From positions 1 through 57,039 of the IMG/VR virus record IMGVR_UViG_3300037882_003134: DNA of 57,039 bases; one strand, written 5' to 3'. Below are positions 55,732 through 57,039 of the stretch, piece after piece; position 1 is the first letter of the stretch, and each line of letters begins with the position of its first letter. The DNA is from a virus (lineage: Duplodnaviria > Caudoviricetes). The notes under the pieces were generated by a model, which saw only the letters and a list, made by a program, of their open reading frames with translations, was not told where the DNA came from and made no database searches. The translations under genes were made by a program, and so were the position numbers.

Positions 55732-56346
55732 TCAATCATCGTCGTCTTCACATTCGCCTTCTTCATCGCAGTCGTCATTCCAAGTGTCTTTGACGCCGGG
55801 AGGAAGAGGGATGTCGAAGAATGAACCTGATTTGCTGATCGGCTTATAGTTCCCGCCACGAACGATATCGACAATGTCGAAGTTCTGGGATCGCATCATT
55901 GAACCGATCTGCCACGTGATCATCGCTGGATACCACTCTTCGCGCGGAAGTGGGTCAGGTTCTTCAAAGCCGAAGAGTGAATTGTTGCTCAGCCGTTCAA
56001 GCATTTTCGGCCCCGACACGAGATCGGTGTTCGTTACACATCCTCCAGAATTGGACATGTCGTACGACTTTCGAGCCTCTGTCAGTACATGCTCCAACGC
56101 CTCTGCGCGTGACGGAAATGCTTTCCAGGGAGAGCCGCCGCCAGAATTATCCGTTTGTCTATCGGATCGCGCTGCGTAACGACCGTCTGGCAACGGTGCC
56201 AATTGATACTCAAAGCGGCACGAACCGATCTTGATTACGCGAGGGCCTTCGCTGTTATAGGTCGCTGGGTTACGAACGGTGCGAACCCACTCGTCAAAGT
56301 CGTCATGCCGCTGCTTGAGCTCAGCGGGGATTGCTTTTGATGGCAT
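55732..56346 (-). CDS. Hypothetical protein with acidic tail
   Basis: 204-aa ORF. Confidence 0.55.
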   Translation of the reverse strand: MPSKAIPAELKQRHDDFDEWVRTVRNPATYNSEGPRVIKIGSCRFEYQLAPLPDGRYAARSDRQTDNSGGGSPWKAFPSRAEALEHVLTEARKSYDMSNSGGCVTNTDLVSGPKMLERLSNNSLFGFEEPDPLPREEWYPAMITWQIGSMMRSQNFDIVDIVRGGNYKPISKSGSFFDIPLPPGVKDTWNDDCDEEGECEDDDD

Positions 56347-56480
56347 CGGAAAGAGGGGAAACGGATAAGAAATCCGCTCTTGCGCTGCAGCCGATGAGAA
56401 GTGCTATTCTCTCCATAGCTTTGTCGCAAAAGCCAGAGTACCCCGCCCCGAATGCTTTCGCAAACGGGACGGGGATTTCT

Positions 56481-56669
56481 CTACATATCGATCATTTCGA
56501 ACGTCCGCATGTTCCGGTACTTGCGAAGGTAGGCGTCTTCGAAGAACCATTCTTTGCCGATTCGAACGATCGGTTGAACGCGTGGTCCTGACATATCGCC
56601 TTTCGCCAGGCGTTTTAGGAAGCTCTCGCGTTCATTGAGCCAGTGCTGTACGTCTTTGGGTACTCGCAT
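56481..56669 (-). CDS. Small hypothetical protein
   Basis: 62-aa ORF. Confidence 0.45.
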   Translation of the reverse strand: MRVPKDVQHWLNERESFLKRLAKGDMSGPRVQPIVRIGKEWFFEDAYLRKYRNMRTFEMIDM

Positions 56670-56811
56670 GGCTATTCTTCGGAATCGTCACCGTCGTGAA
56701 GTCGTTTCTGGACTTCGTCTTCTACGAGCTGGACTATTCGAGCGAAGTAGTCAAGTTGCGCGTCGAAGTGAACGTCTTTAATCTTGGCCATAGAAGTGAG
56801 CGGTAAGAACT

Positions 56812-57039
56812 AAGGAAGGGCGGTTCTCTGCGAGAGGGAGCCGCTTTTCCTCACGATTGGCGGTTGCCCTGTCTCCGGTCGCAGTTGCCTGTAGGTGAAG
56901 GATCAAGGTGTCTTCGCGAAAGACGCCCGGTAAGCCGCACGGCAAGGCTCGCGGTCTAGGTGGAGACGCGAAGCGTACTACCTAGAACGCATAGAGCCGC
57001 CAGCCGTGCGAGAAAGGTGGCGTCTGAGCGGAACACCGA
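56812..57039 (+). other. Second multi-hairpin structured element, truncated by window end
   Basis: Nested stems, GCGAAGC loop, G-T pairs on + strand. Confidence 0.55.

Noticed and set aside
1376-57039. attL/attR duplication of the tRNA end
   Set aside because: None found by eye; needs a computed repeat search

Overview
Mosaic mobile-element window. (i) 1-1345: end of a separate phage-like element (PD-(D/E)XK exonuclease, HNH) abutting the 3' end of tRNA-Arg(UCU) at 1376-1449. (ii) ~1.6-11.7 kb: integrative/mobilisable module (tyrosine integrase, Xis-like HTH, Prim-Pol, two Replic_Relax-like proteins, VirD4/TraD-like ATPase, DUF932). (iii) ~12.6-53.7 kb: a near-complete siphovirus genome. Lysis, tail, head, terminase and replication genes are on the - strand, early/recombination genes on the + strand, and a type III R-M system sits at the divergence point. 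(iv) 53.9-57 kb: CD-NTase+SLATT (CBASS-like) pair and further leading-region-like genes. The most unusual part is the head module. An HK97 prohead protease is fused to an intact classical AAA+ ATPase, with a probable nested scaffold at its C-terminus, and an in-phase A_AAT_TTA -1 slippery site could fuse portal to MuF/gp7. Other notable signals: a likely -1 frameshift making a membrane-anchored lysozyme, a recurrent stop-TAYACT-N6-start (leaderless-promoter-like) junction, an attenuator-like leader plus iteron origin at the replication initiator, two RHH switches, and two template-strand hairpin arrays resembling ssDNA promoters. All protein calls come from motif recognition by eye; no searches were run.
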